A stretch of DNA of 59,067 bases, the filler included, from Dugesia japonica (lineage: Eukaryota): the NCBI GenBank assembly GCA_001938525.1. It is 5 parts of 5 records of this genome, joined end to end, with 100 filler letters (N's around TTAATTAATTAA, not from the genome) between each part and the next. Parts side by side here need not be neighbours in the genome. Positions count along the whole stretch, not along the records: positions 24,695 to 33,804 come from MQRL01592823.1; positions 33,905 to 42,795 come from MQRL01586913.1; 3 more parts are not named here. One strand, 5' to 3'. Made by a program: the position numbers and the translations under genes. The notes under the pieces are model-generated. The model had not been told where the DNA came from and did not search any database. It saw only the letters and a program-made list of their open reading frames with translations. How positions within the stretch are numbered: the first letter of the stretch is position 1; each line of letters starts with the position of its first letter. Of the stretch, positions 24,595 to 39,108 are shown piece by piece.

Positions 24595-26851
24595 NNNNNN
24601 NNNNNNNNNNNNNNNNNNNNNNNNNNNNNNNNNNNNNNTTAATTAATTAANNNNNNNNNNNNNNNNNNNNNNNNNNNNNNNNNNNNNNNNNNNNTTATTA
24701 TCGTAATTATTGTTATTGTTATCTTTAAACTAAATATTTGGGCATATCTACTAAATAATTGAAAAAATATGTACAAATTACTTCGCAGCCATTGAAATGG
24801 GCAAAATTACGGAAGATGAAAAACTTTAAACCTTCAACTAGACGATCGTAATTATGAAAAATTAAATCAACTTTCTTAAGTCAAATTGATATTATAAACC
24901 TGGTCATTACAGCAGAATTGAGGCTCAAGAAATTTTTTAAGATAAAATGTAGCAGCAGAATTGATTTTCGAGAAATTATGAACGTTTTATTATGGCAGAA
25001 ATGAGAACCAAATAATTATAAAGGAGATTAATCACACTTGAGTCGATGGGTTATAAATTTAGAGAGAAAGAAATTTGATCTAAGCCGAATCGACCAAAAT
25101 AAAGTATCGAGAAATAGAATCAACCTGAGTAAAGTGTATGAACGGAAAATGATGAGAAGTCATAATGGTCTGGTGAGATGCGGTAANNNNNNNNNNNNNN
25201 NNNNNNNNNNNNNNNNNNNNNNNNNNNNNNNNNNNNNNNNNNNNNNTTACTCTTCTCGCATTTCGCTTTAAGCAGCAATTTTTAAATGAAGTTTTGGATT
25301 ATCATTTAATATAATTTTTGATTGTTAATTATTTCTTGTAATGATCCGTAATTTTACATGAATTTTACACTTTGAATTTTTTTCATGCGTTAATTTTAAA
25401 TGTTTCTATTATTTTATAAATTATTTTGAGTAGTAAACGAACTGTTCTTACTTTTAATCGTAGAACTTTTTTCAGCCAATGATCATGAATAAAATGAAAG
25501 ATAGTATTGTAATCAGAGAATGTATTAAAATTAATAATTTTTTGTGGAGTTATCTCAATGATTACTTATATATCTCCATGTTGCACAGCTCGCAACCTAT
25601 TTAATTAAACACTACGTGATGAACTGGCAATAACTAGAGATAATTGTTTTTTAGTGTGTTTGAAATAATTTCATCGGGGGGACGAGTAAAATAATAGGGA
25701 AGTTCTTGTGAGAGCTCCTTAAAGGTGTGTATGAGGAAGGATGACTGTTTCTAGGGGGCATCATCTCTGGTTCAGACTTTAGGGGTGGTGGAACAAGAAA
25801 TCATTAGGCCAAAGAAACGTAATTTAAAAACAATATTTTTTATCTAACAAATATAGTTTTGATGTTTATAATTAATAATTATTTATGACAGATTGACAGA
25901 TTCTGTCGTGATTATGAACGGATAGCAAATGGTGATATATATTTTATTTACATAAACTAATGGATGTTGAATATGACAGCTTAAAATTTTATGTTTTTGT
26001 TATGTGAGACCAGTTTAATAATTTAGCAATTAGTTTGAAGTCTAAGCTGAGCAAGATTTTAATGTTGTTTATAATATGAGAGTGCAAGGCACGATACCAC
26101 AAAGTCGCACTAAACCAGAGAAAAGAAGGGTATGTCACGGAAGTATCATAAATACTTGAGGGTTTTAGGTATGCCCTGGACAGGAATGAAAGTGAGCAGA
26201 TACTAAATGGCGAAAGTGATAAATGACAGTAAAAAGTATACATATTAAAAACCAAAAGACTAAAACCCCAACATTGGTATTGGAACTAATGAATGCTCAG
26301 TTATGACATCTGAAAGGTAGGCGCTGTGAATGAAATTTTAAAAANNNNNNNNNNNNNNNNNNNNNNNNNNNNNNNNNNNNNNNNNNNNNNNNNNTACACT
26401 TTGAATTTTTTTCATGCGTTAATTTTAAATGTTTCTATTATTTTATAAATTATTTTGAGTAGTAAACGAACTGTTCTTACTTTTAATCGTAGAACTTTTT
26501 TCAGCCAATGATCATGAATAAAATGAAAGATAGTATTGTAATCAGAGAATGTATTAAAATTAATAATTTTTTGTGGAGTTATCTCAATGACATCTGAAAG
26601 GTAGGCGCTGTGAATGAAATTTTAAAAAAGCTGAAAATGTTGCCCACTGTCCTTGTTACTACTATAGGCTCAATTTTTCGATTTCAATATTGTGAGGATT
26701 TGAAGTTAAATATGTTTATAATTTTTTATAATTTGTATTGGTATTTCATTGATATTTTATTGTGGGTTTTACTTAAACATTTTGAAAAGAATCTATAAAT
26801 AATCTTGTATTATTTTTTGTAATTTATTTATATAATAGCTTATTTTAATAA

Positions 26852-28291
26852 CAGTGTGAACCTCTCAAAAAGACCATCTTCGTAAAGTGACTAAGCTTTA
26901 TTGATGACCGCCTCCATTAAAGTGATAATTTTTAATTTTTGTTTTAAAATTAGGCAAGTCTAAGGCTTAAAGGTCAAAATTTGGCAAAAGATGTGATCAC
27001 TGATAAAATAATTTTTAATTGACTTTTAACATGTGGAAATTAAAAAATACAAGGTTGAAATCAATAAATAAAAATTGGAAAATCTTGTTTCAGTAAATAT
27101 TTTCCAAGTATTTTTAATTTAAAATTCAAAGGCAATATTAACAGAAAACCAGTAATAAGAGATTTTTTCAAAACTTTTGACGAAAAAAATGTTTTAGAGG
27201 AAATTAACCAAAGAATATGATGTTACTGAAACAGCCATCCAGAAAATATCTTGTCCGATGAAACTCAATCATTAAAAATAAGATGTGTTCAAAGGAAAGA
27301 ACAACAATTATATTATGTTGTCTGAAAAAACGACGAAAATGACTGCCGATATTTATTGGGAAATCTAAGAATCCACGAGTTTTTAAAATTATATTTAGAC
27401 AAGGTAAATTTTTTATATGAATCTAGTAACAATGCATCGATGGAAAAAAAATTTTGTTAATTGATTATTTAAACTTAATCAAGAGTTTAAGAAGTAGAAT
27501 AGAACATAATCATTATGCGCAATAACTGCACCGCTCATATCGACACTGATTTCTTTAATATCAAATTGATATTTTTACCTNCTAACACTACCTGTCTTAT
27601 TCAACCTCAGGGTGATGGAATTATTAAAAATTTCAAAGAAAATTACAAAGATCTATAACTGAAAATACTTCTGTTTTCAGAGAATTGTAACATTTAATAT
27701 ATATTAAAATCCGTAACGATATTAGATGCAATAATGTGGTCAAAACTTGCGTTATATCAAAAAAGGTAACTACAATTACAATTGTGAAACCATATTAAAA
27801 TTTCATTGGAACATAGAACAAGATTTCCTAAGAAATGATACCGGCGAAAATAAAAATAAAGAAATTATTGATAATGGATTAAATGGTGTTATCCATGATC
27901 TAAAAATGTGCAATCGTGAGGAACTAGATAGTTTCGAATCCAATGACGGTGCAACACATATGTTGAAGTATGAGATTTTAAAAATTATGTATGCTTTAAA
28001 AGCATACTCTGCCGAGTACTGCCCTGATTAGTTAAGAGAGATATATTTGCTAGAAAATAAACTGATTCAATCATCAAAGCCATCGAAATAAAATATTCTT
28101 AGAATATTAAAATAAATATTGTCATATTCGTTTTTGTTCTACTTTTAGTGATTTTAGAATAATTTTACACTTGCAATTATTGAGAGAATAATTGTTGGAA
28201 TAATGCATTTTAGAATAACATCAAAAAGGTTATCACCTCCAAAAATGTGACCATCGTCGATAAAAACTGTCTCTCTTGTTAGGTTCCACTG
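26852..28291 (+). mobile_element. pogo/Tigger-like DNA transposon remnant
   Basis: Ends CAGTGTGAACCT / AGGTTCCACTG; DDE_1 motif NNCTAH...LIFLP.NTTCLIQPQGDGIIKNFK at 27520-27640. Confidence 0.75.
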
Positions 28292-29179
28292 CATTTACTT
28301 GTTCAATTTTAAGATTAATTGTTGTTATGTACTTTTATTTTATATTTTTTTATTGTATGCGTTTATGTATATACATATACCATATAATATATATATATTT
28401 CATTATACTAAAATAAAAATTTAAATAAAACAAAAATTCGATATAAAATATTTACAAAAATAATAAACTACAAACTTGACAGGGATAGAATTAAAAAATT
28501 TAAATTAATTGAATTGACGAAAACTTAGCAACTGCTAAAGGAATAAGAGAAAAAGATTTTCTAAACAAAGTTGATAGCAGAATTAAAAAGATAAGCAGAA
28601 TTTAAATTGGAATTTAATAAAATAATTTAAAAATATTGGNAACGATCTGAAAATATTTGAATAAGAGAATCTTCTAACTAGGCAACTGCTAACAAAAGGT
28701 TCCTGAGATAAAATTGGAATATAGAATAGAATAGAAAAGAAATCTTTAATTACAAATCCTCTTGAAATTAGAAACAGCCTCAAAGAAAACTTTGATTTAA
28801 AATCCTCTTCAAATAAAATACAGTTTCAAAGAAAGTCTCAATTCTGCAATTGAGTTAAAAGAAAAGAATCCGTAAATTTACATTTTTCCTTTGGTTAAAT
28901 AAAATTTGTTAAAAATAGTTTCATTGAATAGTTGTTTTAATTTTTTTTGACTATAATATTTTCATTCATAATAAATTGTGTAGATTGTTTTTCAACCAAT
29001 CTATCCCACAATAATTTAAATAACATTTACCTCAGTTATCTCTACAAAAACATTTTTATATAAGTGACTCTGCTGAGTTCTATATAACTTCTTTTAAATA
29101 AAATTAATCTAAATAGAATTATACAGACCATAAAAGATCTAAGATATATGATTTAAGGCTTCCAGATACATAAGAATAG

Positions 29180-30508
29180 TTGAGTTTGAAAAACTCATCG
29201 AATCATTAACATCAGAATTCAACTCCATAAATTTATTAAAANNNNNNNNNNNNNNNNNNNNNNNNNNNNNNNNAAACAAATTAAAACTTCATGCTCTAAT
29301 CGGAAATTTTTTTTCAAAAATTTAAAAATTTAAATTTTAAACTTGATTTGAATTAATTTGATAATTTTACAGAAAATAATTATTTTTTAATAACAGATCC
29401 TTTTAAAATTTTCATAAACTTTTAAAACAAAAATAAATGATCATTCGTATTAGCATATAATTTAAAAATTTTACAAAATTTTAAAACAAAAAAAACTGAT
29501 CATTTGTTAAAGGAAATTTCATGAAATTTCAAAACAAAAAAATGATCATTTGTTGTATGTATTAATATGTCTTTTAAAATTTTCTCAAAAACCTTCATAA
29601 AATTTTCAAAACAAAGTCACTTAATATTAAATTATCATTTTACAATCTTTGGAACTTCAAAACAAAATTGACATTTCCAAAAATTTTAATTTATTTTAAT
29701 TTCTTAATTAATTTGTGATTTTGAATTTTTTTTAAAAAAGATTTTTNAAAACACAATTTCCAACTAGAGCACAAAAACTTTTAACTCGCTTCTAAACTAC
29801 TCACATTCCTCCTTTTAATAAATTTTTTGATCTTCTCAACGTTTCTTTCGAAACTTTTTCCGTTTGTATCTTCCAGGATGTAACGTCTGTCATGAAACTT
29901 TCTCTTGATCTTATAAGGTCCTTTATAACGATCTTGGTTCTTGTTTCTTGTTTCAGCTTTCANTAAGATCTCATCACCGATCTCGAATTGTCTTTTGGTT
30001 AATATTTCTTCTTCTTGTTCTTTGTGCACTCTTTGAGTATATGTTTCATAACATTTTTCTCTGCTGATTCTCTTCACAAATACGATTTCAGCGGGGCTTT
30101 TCCCGATAGTTTTCTGTTTTGTAGCGTTCAAGGTAAATTCTATCTGTGTAAATACATCCGCCCGATCTGAGGTTTTCCTTTCTTTAAGTGTTGCATTAAT
30201 CAGATCTCGCCTTGTTCTAAACTGTCTCTTGATTTACCAATTTGTGTTATGATGATATGGACTCAAAAACCTGAGGATAATGTCATGCTCAACTGCAAAA
30301 TCTTTCATTGATTTAGATTTAAATGCTCTTCCACAATCAACTCGAATTTCTCTCGGACACCAGAACTTTAATACTTACTTCTCCAATATTGCTTTCCGTA
30401 TGGTATCTTCATCTTGTCTTGTCATTGCTATCAAGGCTACATACTAAATGCATTAGTCTATTATACCGAGAACATATTTTTTCCGACCTCTTGTCTCCGG
30501 CAGTGGTC
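29180..30508 (-). mobile_element. Gypsy 3' end: integrase, PPT and 3' LTR
   Basis: PLPETRGRKKYVLGIID, IRVDCGRAF, FLSPYHH, GKSPAEIVF, YKGPYKI. PPT AAAAGGAGGAA (29816->29806) directly precedes TGTGAG at 29805. LTR far end is approximate. Confidence 0.85.
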
Positions 30509-31269
30509 AGTAGTGGGATAGTGGCGCCAAGTTACTTTTTTTTGTTGTCACAATTTTTTAAGCAGTTATTGGCCAAACCTCCCCGGGGGGTTCGGAAACA
30601 CATTACGAATGTGCTATAATTTTTGTGACATAATGTTTTTGGTAGTTTTTTTCTAAGANTTTTGAGATCAAAAAATTTTTGATTGGCTCAAATTTTTTTT
30701 GATTGGATCAGTTTTTTTTATCCTGGTGGTGTGTGTGTATTTTTAAATTTGTGTGTGTTTGGATTGGTAAGGGGGTTTTTAAAAAGTAGGTCAAGTTGAG
30801 TTTGTGTGTTTGTAAAAGAAGGATTTTGGACTCTAGGGGAGCTGGAGATCTTGGAAATATTTTTTGGAGTTTTTAAGATTTGGTTGTGGTTGGAAAAAAA
30901 TTTGGTCTATACATTGTCTAAAGGACTTATGAGGTTGGATGGATGGATTTTGCTAGAAGGGTAGTGGCACCACGTCACAGTCGTATGAGTTATCGTGGGG
31001 TTTATTTTGAAGTTGAATAAGTTTGTTGGAAGTTGATGGAATTTATTAGGGGATGGGTTGTTGGAAAGGTATTGTGATGTAGAATATTTAGGATGTCGAT
31101 TGTGACTTAATTTCTGATTGGTTGTGGTTGAATTAGATTGGTTGTTATTTGTAAGTAATATAAGTGTGTTAAATATTTTTTTCGGGATATGGAGAAAGAG
31201 AATAAATTATCTGATTTTTAAGTCTCTATATTTAGCAAGGGATGAAGGGACTCTCTCTATTTATGTATG

Positions 31270-31630
31270 AGATGGAGCAGTTTTGATATTTTGTAAGATA
31301 TTATTACAATATATCGAGCAGTCTTAATATTTATGCATGGTATTGGCAGTCTTAATATTTTGATATTATTGAATGATATGGACAGTTTTGATATTTTGCA
31401 GTAAATGAGTCATTGGTATTTTTGTAAGAGATTGGGCAGTCTTGATTGAAGCATTATTGATTATTTCTTTATATTTTACTTTAGATGGGTCAGTCTTGAT
31501 ATTATTGCAAGATATTGGGTAATCTTGATATTTTTAAAAGAGACTGAGGCATTATTGATTTTTTAAAAACTATTTTTGCTTTAAATCGGCAGCCTTGATA
31601 TTTTGCAAGGGATGGGACAGTCTAAAATTT
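31270..31630. repeat. Degenerate tandem array of CAGTCTTGATATTTTG-like units
   Basis: About 10 variants; the same motif recurs at 11830-11900. Confidence 0.7.
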
Positions 31631-33535
31631 ACAGGCATGTGATTTTCAGTGTATGTGTGTTAAATTCTTGTGACATCTGAGCTGCACACCTATTGCATTT
31701 ATTAAAATATACACAATAATAAATATATAAGCACGCACACAAATAAAAGGGTAAAGAACCAAAAATATACAACCTGGCAAACAACGACCACCACTGGAGA
31801 TATTTTCAAGGCCTACGTCTCCATACCCTACTATACCAAATATTGAAGAAGAGTTCAACCCCTGTATATTTAACAAACCTTGCACTAACACAATACCCTC
31901 CGGATTACATGACATGGGATACCCATTCGGGTGCATCTTCTTACGAAGGGGGAATATTAGTTGGGGAAAACTAACCTTAAACACACACACATTCATAGAT
32001 CCACAATATACACAATAATAAATATATAAGCATGCACACATAACACACAAAATATAATACATCAATATTCAAATCGAATCAATCAAATCAAATCTATCAA
32101 ATGATTCTAGACAAGATTTCAACCAACTCAACCAAATCAGTGATCAACATTTCAATATTTATGTGACAATCGACATTATAGTATTTATATTTGATTCTTA
32201 GACATTATAATATTATCTATTGATTCTTTGTGAATAACTGACTGTATATTGATGTAATTTATTATTTTATTATGATTATAATTTTTAATTATTTTATTAA
32301 GGATTTTATAAAATTTTTCTTTTGTATTTACTTTTCAAATGGAAATTTGTTGATCTAAAATCAATAATCCAATTGTAATGGAACAAATAAAATTTTTACT
32401 CTCTTGCTAAATTTAATAAAAAAAGGAATTTTTATTTATTTTTTAAAATAGATTTTTATGGACTTTGTAAAATTTTCATTTATTTTGAGAACGAATTTTA
32501 TGAATTTTTCTTTATTTTTATGAAAAAAATTTAAACACCATGTGGAAATAATGGGTAATGGTTCAGTATAAATAGAGAGCCAAAACTCATTATTTTCACC
32601 CAGGAAAAAGCTGCTCAACAGTTTAAATCTTATATAGATTTACAACTGAGCTAAATTTCTATAACTAGTAACTATTGTAATAAGGATAATAAAACTTTTA
32701 TTTAAAAGTTAATCTTTTTGAATTTTATTAATAAGGACGACTATATATATATATATCAATATTATTTTATCTATTATAAACATATTAAGGTATGTAGGAT
32801 CAAATTTTATAACGATAATATATTGGAATTATCATAATTATTAAAATCAATTGTTTAAATCTCACGCACTGTTGATGCATTTTGGTAATAATCCCACAAA
32901 GTATCTCAACAAAGACTTGAATTTGATATTTTTTCGAAGAAAATTAAAACCTATTTACACATTGTCTAAAAAATTGGTATAGAAAAATTCATACTTTACC
33001 AGAAAATTGTACAAGAAAAATCAAAGAACTTTAAAAAATATTTTAAAAATGTATTTTTGGCATCATGTTTATGAAAATGCATCGTACGTGATATCATTAA
33101 AATGGTAATGAAATGACAAATACATAGGTCATGTTTTCAAATCAGTTTTACCAATAGATAGCGAGATATATGCCATTTTAATTTTAAACATGATTAAAAA
33201 ATGATGAAATTATTTATTTACAAATTGTATATAGATGAAAAAAAAGAATATGAAAAATTTTAAAACACATTTATTAAGTTTATACAAATTTTTTTCACGA
33301 ATTTTAAAATTGGCATTTTAGTCTTCATTCATATTTTAGAAGAATACATAACTGAATTTTTAAATTAAATTAATTTATAATTTGTTTAAATAAATAATAG
33401 CAATTAATTATTTTTGAATTATGGGTATGATGAAATTTTAATGTCACTTTTATCAATTGAGGTAATATTTTGATTACAAAAATTCATCGAAATAGTGACA
33501 ATACGATCAAATTTATCGAGGCGAAATTGAATTTA

Positions 33536-33718
33536 TCAGAATGTATCCTTCCACTCCGTTGTGGAACTCCTTTATTATTCTGGTTAGTTGTGGAGGTACT
33601 CCCAACTGTCCCAAGCACTCCCACATGGTGTCTCTTGGGATGCTGTCAAAAGCTTTTCCCAGGTCGATGAACGCACATAATATCTTTATATCTTGCTTCC
33701 TCTTGAATTCTTCGAAGT
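33536..33718 (-). mobile_element. Non-LTR (RTE-like) reverse transcriptase fragment
   Basis: Open frame ILCAFIDLGKAFDSIPRDTMWECLGQLGVPPQLTRIIKEFH. Confidence 0.8.
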
Positions 33719-36044
33719 ATATATATATACTTTGTACTTTTATAATTACAATTATTGTGAGAATAATTGTTGGACTTAACCATTGATCGGATTTGAGATT
33801 TCATNNNNNNNNNNNNNNNNNNNNNNNNNNNNNNNNNNNNNNNNNNNNTTAATTAATTAANNNNNNNNNNNNNNNNNNNNNNNNNNNNNNNNNNNNNNNN
33901 NNNNTATTTAGCTGGGTTCAGTTAATTATCACGTTTAGTTTAACACTTTATACTCTAAGATTTAAAATTATCAAAAACTCAAGTTTGTAACAAGTGGAAA
34001 AATATATTCAATTATCAATTCACCACTTGCTATACATTAATTTAACAAATAGGACAAATAATAAAACTAACGTGCTCTGGATCCTGATCCGGAGCAAGCA
34101 CGAGGTTTGAAGTAATCATTTCCTTGATAGATATTACTGATTAAATGGATCCACCATAATTTTCCATTNNNNNNNNNNNNNNNNNNNNNTTGCATCCTCC
34201 ATTGAGTAACAAGAATATTTACTTTAAATAATCTCCGTTCAATTACCGTATTTCGCTTGAAAAAGAATGTTCGTTAAATGAAAATTACATCGGTATTTAT
34301 ACCGGTTTCTATTCAAACCCCCATTCCTTTCATTGGTTATTTGGAATCGTACGACTTTCTTGACGTTTATATTGGCTTGAACGTCATGTGAGCTCTTTTT
34401 ATTGGTTGATATTTTTGGACTTCGAATCTTCAAACCCCTGTATCTTTTTTCTGAGACTTCTACCGATATTTTAACTTAGATTTTCAAATTCTCCGATTTT
34501 GTCTTGACCAGAATCTTTTTAATTGCTAATTTTCTCACCATGGGAAGTCGTTGTTTTTGCCATTTTTCATGAAATAATTACTTTTCTTTTAAAATTAATT
34601 TATTTTAAATTGTTTGAATTATTTTATTTAAATAAATAAATTATTTATTTTATTTTCTTGGTGCATTTTGTTTAAGTGTTCATTTCTTTGTTCCTTGATT
34701 TGGTTTTAATTTAATTTCACTGTTTTCTTCATTTTATTCATTAAATTAACATTTTGTTCTTCTAGTATTAATTCCATTTTCTTGATTTTGCCCAATGAAA
34801 TAATTGTTATTCATTATCTTTCCTTGTCCCGCTACAACTTCTTTTACTTCTTTTTTTTGGTCTGTTCTTTTCTGGGTGGTTTCTTGTTGTAAATTTTGGG
34901 TTTTGTTGATTATTTCGTTGGTTTTGACTACCAATCTCGGTTTTCCTTTTAATTATTNNNNNNNNNNNNNNNNNNNNNTTCTTCTTAGGTCTGAATGCTT
35001 CGCTTTCTTTTCTGACGACAATTTTTTAACTTCGAGTCTACTTGTCACCATTTTTTATTTTTGGTACCCAGTGTTTTACCCCAACAATATATAGAATTTA
35101 TTCAATTAATTTGTATTTTAAAAAAAACATGTTTTATATTTTAAAAATTTCAAAAACCAATTTTAATATTATATATAAAAATTAAAAAATCTCAGATAAT
35201 TGACTTCACACTGCGGTGGGAAAATTTAAGGATAAAAATAAAGAAAATCGATATAAAGAATAGATATTTTAAAGACCAAAATGCTATAGTTTAGTAATAA
35301 AGCAAGTACGAAAGCAAAGGATGTAGCATCTAAAGATACATACATACAGCATTAGTCTTATTTGGATTGTTACAATAATAATAAAATGATGGCAGTGAAC
35401 CAATTCAGAATAGAGACGAAGAATTATTAGCTGTATAGCTTTAAAGGCTAAAAAGCTCCGTCAACAAATATTATACCATATGGGCATTATTATAATACAA
35501 AATATGATTATAAAAACACGTAATATTATTATCTCTTAAATTAATATGTTACAAATAATACAGATAATCATCCAGCAATTAAGTAAAAAATTTGATTTGT
35601 AATTTTTATTTTTATTATTAAAACTATTTAGTAAAATAAATATCTCAAATATTCTCAGAGCAATTCAACTCAAATGACATTTAAAAACATTTCTGTGAAT
35701 AATAAATATTATTTGTATTTTTATTGTTTTATATCTTAATCTTCTTTGTTAGTAATTGAAAAATTAAATTAATGAACATAGTTTTTTGTCATACAATTTT
35801 GAAAATATGATAGCTTTGTTAACTGTTTCATTACGGTTTGAATGATTTCCATTTTGTCTTGATTAAATTTTAAAGGTCCAACATGGTTTACAGAGTTTCT
35901 ATGATTTTGAATGGTACACCAAAAGTTGTGAAAACCTGTTATAAATCTCCATCATCTTATTTTGAATCCAACGATACATAATTTGATATATTAAATAAAA
36001 TTAAATGGTTTCCATGGTTTTGAATGATCATACAGAAGATTTTG

Positions 36045-36800
36045 TATCAGGAATGGTGTTAGTACTGATTCATCTAAAATAAACGCAATAAAACATTTGG
36101 CAGATCTAACTGCGAAAAGAAGTAGTGAAGTTCCTTAGAAATTTGTAATTACTCCAGGAAGCTTATTGAAAACTACGCAGGAAAATCAAGGATTTTAGAA
36201 CAGTTGGATAAAAAACATCACAAGGTTTTGAAATCATGCTAGAAATGTTCATCGACTCATTGTGGTTCGAATAATACCTAATTTGATATCCTACAAATAA
36301 ATTTCAAAGGATTTTGTAGAATTGTAACATGATTGATTTCTTCGTCGTCATTAAAAAAGTTAGAGCTTTATGATCTGTTCTAAGAATAAATCTTCTACCA
36401 TACCAATAATGTTTAAAATGTATGCAGAAATAATAAACATACAATAACTCTTATCGTGCAATGCAGTATCCTTTTTCATNAACCATCATTGAGTGTGATC
36501 CATATGCAACAACTCTTTCTCTTCTTTCTTTAATTCTTTTTGACAATACTGCTCCAATTTTATCGAAACTGGCATCTGTATCCAATATTAATTCTCTGAT
36601 AATGTTTGAAAAACACAATATTAGTGCAGTCATTAAAGCTTTCTTTGGACCCTCAAAAGTGTCGTTTATTTCTTAATAATATTGCCCGTGATTCGTTGAA
36701 AACGCCGTTTTTTCTAGAGATTCTTCTTCAAGCTCTANCTGATAGCCCACATTTTCTAAATTTTTTGAACTAAAATATTTTGCTCCACGCAACTCTTCCA
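36045..36800. mobile_element. Two head-to-head Gypsy pol scraps (+ RT C-terminus 36045-36200; - RT/RNase H 36350-36800)
   Basis: + : GVSTDSSKINAIK. - : LRGAKYFSS, ILDTDASFDKIGAVLS...VVAYGSH, FILRTDHKAL. Confidence 0.7.
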
Positions 36801-36899
36801 ATAATTAATCAAGTATAATATTATATAAGTATAATATTTTATTATACTACATACCTATGCTTTCAAAAGAATTTTTTATTGAAATTCATAAACAAATAT

Positions 36900-37900
36900 T
36901 TCAACAAACTAGCACAATTTAAAGCCTTTAAAAAGTTTAAACCAGCCACTGAACAAAAATAGTTCCTTATTCCTGTTCTATATATTGAGATTTAACTAAA
37001 TTTGGATAATTACATTAAACATATAATCCAAAACATAATGGTTTTTTCTGGGAATAAAGTTTCTGTGTTTTCTTTAGATTCGTTTTTATCATTTGTGGAA
37101 CTCCGTTCATTAATATTGTACATTTCAAAATCAACAATTATCCAAGATATCATTTTGTTTTTAAAATTAAATTTTAAATAATTTTCTTTGGGAAATGTAT
37201 TTTGTGCCACATCATAATTTAAACATAATCTTTAATTTTTTCCTGAAGCTTCTTGATAACTAAATCCTATCATACAATTCAAACATGGAAATGTTTTATT
37301 TTATTTTTTTTATTTTTTTAAATGTACTTACATCTGCACATAATGCATGACTTTTTAAATTCAAAATTCTTTTTGTTTTCTTCTTCATGGAAAATTGATT
37401 TCTATAGTGAATTCCATCTTTTCCAACAATTTTCTAATTTAAATTTAAATTGGCAGTTAAAATGCAATTTTTAAAACATTTAAAATTTTAAATCTTTAAT
37501 ACGTTTTTACTGTCATGTTTGACTAAAATGTAAACTAAACCTTCATGCTAACCATAAAATTCTGTACCAGAATCTACCAAGTCTTAATTTTGTAGCGTCT
37601 TTAATTTGATCTTTAAAAAGGAATTCTTTGTTCACTATTTTTGAAATTGTGCGGAAATGTATAAGTAAGCAATGTATAAGTAATTTTGAATGTTCTATCA
37701 AATGGTATAAGTTTTAATTTGAAAAATTACAAATTGACATCTGTAGACCTTTGTTAAATTTTAAATCTTTAATAACTTTTTACCATTAATCCGATTGACA
37801 ATTTCATGTCATCATATTGTTCAATTTTTATCGTCATCTATAGATGCTACATTTGCTACCATAACATATGTTGGGTTTTTAGGATTTTGATATTTCGAAT
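36900..37900 (-). mobile_element. Probable Polinton pPolB N-terminal remnant
   Basis: PKENYLKFNFKNKMISWIIVDFE resembles the LKF.N......IYADFE exonuclease-I region; otherwise highly decayed. Confidence 0.4.
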
Positions 37901-38955
37901 TTAATCTCTAAACTTTTCACAACTGTTCATTTTCGTAAATAAATAAATCTGATCTATCGTCTAGGGGCATACCTAAAAACCCCCAAGAGTTTATGTCACC
38001 TCTGTGACATGGTCCTCTCTTTCCTAAGTCCAGCGCGACTTTGTGGTATCGCGTCTTATTCACTAAATCTATAAACCCCAACAGCAATCTCTCTCACATG
38101 CTCAGTTAAAATTCGACTTATAATAGCACTATGATTTTACTTTACCAGACACAATCAATAAATATAAATTAAATAAATTGAAACGAAGATTGATCAGTTT
38201 ATGTTTCTTTGGTCTGCGGCCTATTGGGTCTTCATCTCACACTCCTGGATTATGAACCAGGGAAGATATAAACCATAAGCCAATATCTTTCCTAATTCCA
38301 ATCGTCCGGAGTTCTTTCAAGAATTTCCTTATCGATCGAGATCATACCCAACTTTAGTCAGCAGTGATACCAGTCACTTTACAACATCTAAATAAATCTT
38401 TCACCACATCTTTATTTATTAATAATATAAGTTAAAATTTATTAAATCATTATTCCAGAAAAAGCAATGTCAAATCAGTATATAATTTTGATNTTTTTTN
38501 AATTCAAATTTTCAATATAAAGAGACAAACAAAATGAACACGCATTATTGATACAATTTCAGGGAGAAACATTCTATTAAATCGGCAATCATGGCCATCG
38601 AGCTCTTGACAGAAATTCGTTAACAACACTTTCTCTATGAGATTATCTAAACATCATTACTTCTCTTGACATCAATTCCATTTTTTTGTTAATAATCTTT
38701 TTGACACAAACAACACAATCACACTTTTATAATTAAGTTTCTCTAAAACACATTCATTTTCCGTTATTCACTTTCCCCGAAGTACCACTTCATTTTCTGT
38801 TACTCATTTTTGTACAAAACGATCTCATCTTTTCGGTCGTTTTTCTTGATAAACAATCTCAGTTGTTCTGTATCTCTTTTGAAACCTAACCTCACTTAAC
38901 CTGATTTTTTCTAAAACAACAACCTCATTGATTCTGCCATTTTTCACGACCATTA

Positions 38956-39108
38956 TTTTCTGGCAATCTTTACGAATAATATTCTCGTAATTTACTGGCA
39001 ATCTTTACGAATAATATTCTCGTAATTTACTGGCAATCTTTACGAATAATATTCTCGTTATTTTCTGGCAATCTTTACGATTAATATTCTCATTATTTTC
39101 TGGCAATC
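38956..39108. repeat. 35-bp tandem minisatellite (>=4 copies, runs into a gap)
   Basis: CTGGCAATCTTTACGAATAATATTCTCGTAATTTA with starts at 38960, 38995, 39030, 39065 and 39100. Confidence 0.9.

Noticed and set aside
25366-26628. Identical ~195-bp duplication (25366-25562 / 26395-26590) and ~40-bp duplication (26304-26344 / 26587-26628)
   Set aside because: Exact copies abutting an N gap; most likely an assembly or haplotype overlap artefact.
31646-32065. 139-aa minus-strand ORF
   Set aside because: Low-complexity ends from duplicated AC-rich tracts; no domain recognised.
38956-39108. Palindromic 35-bp repeats resembling a CRISPR array
   Set aside because: Units are directly adjacent with no unique spacers, there are no cas genes, and the context is eukaryotic.
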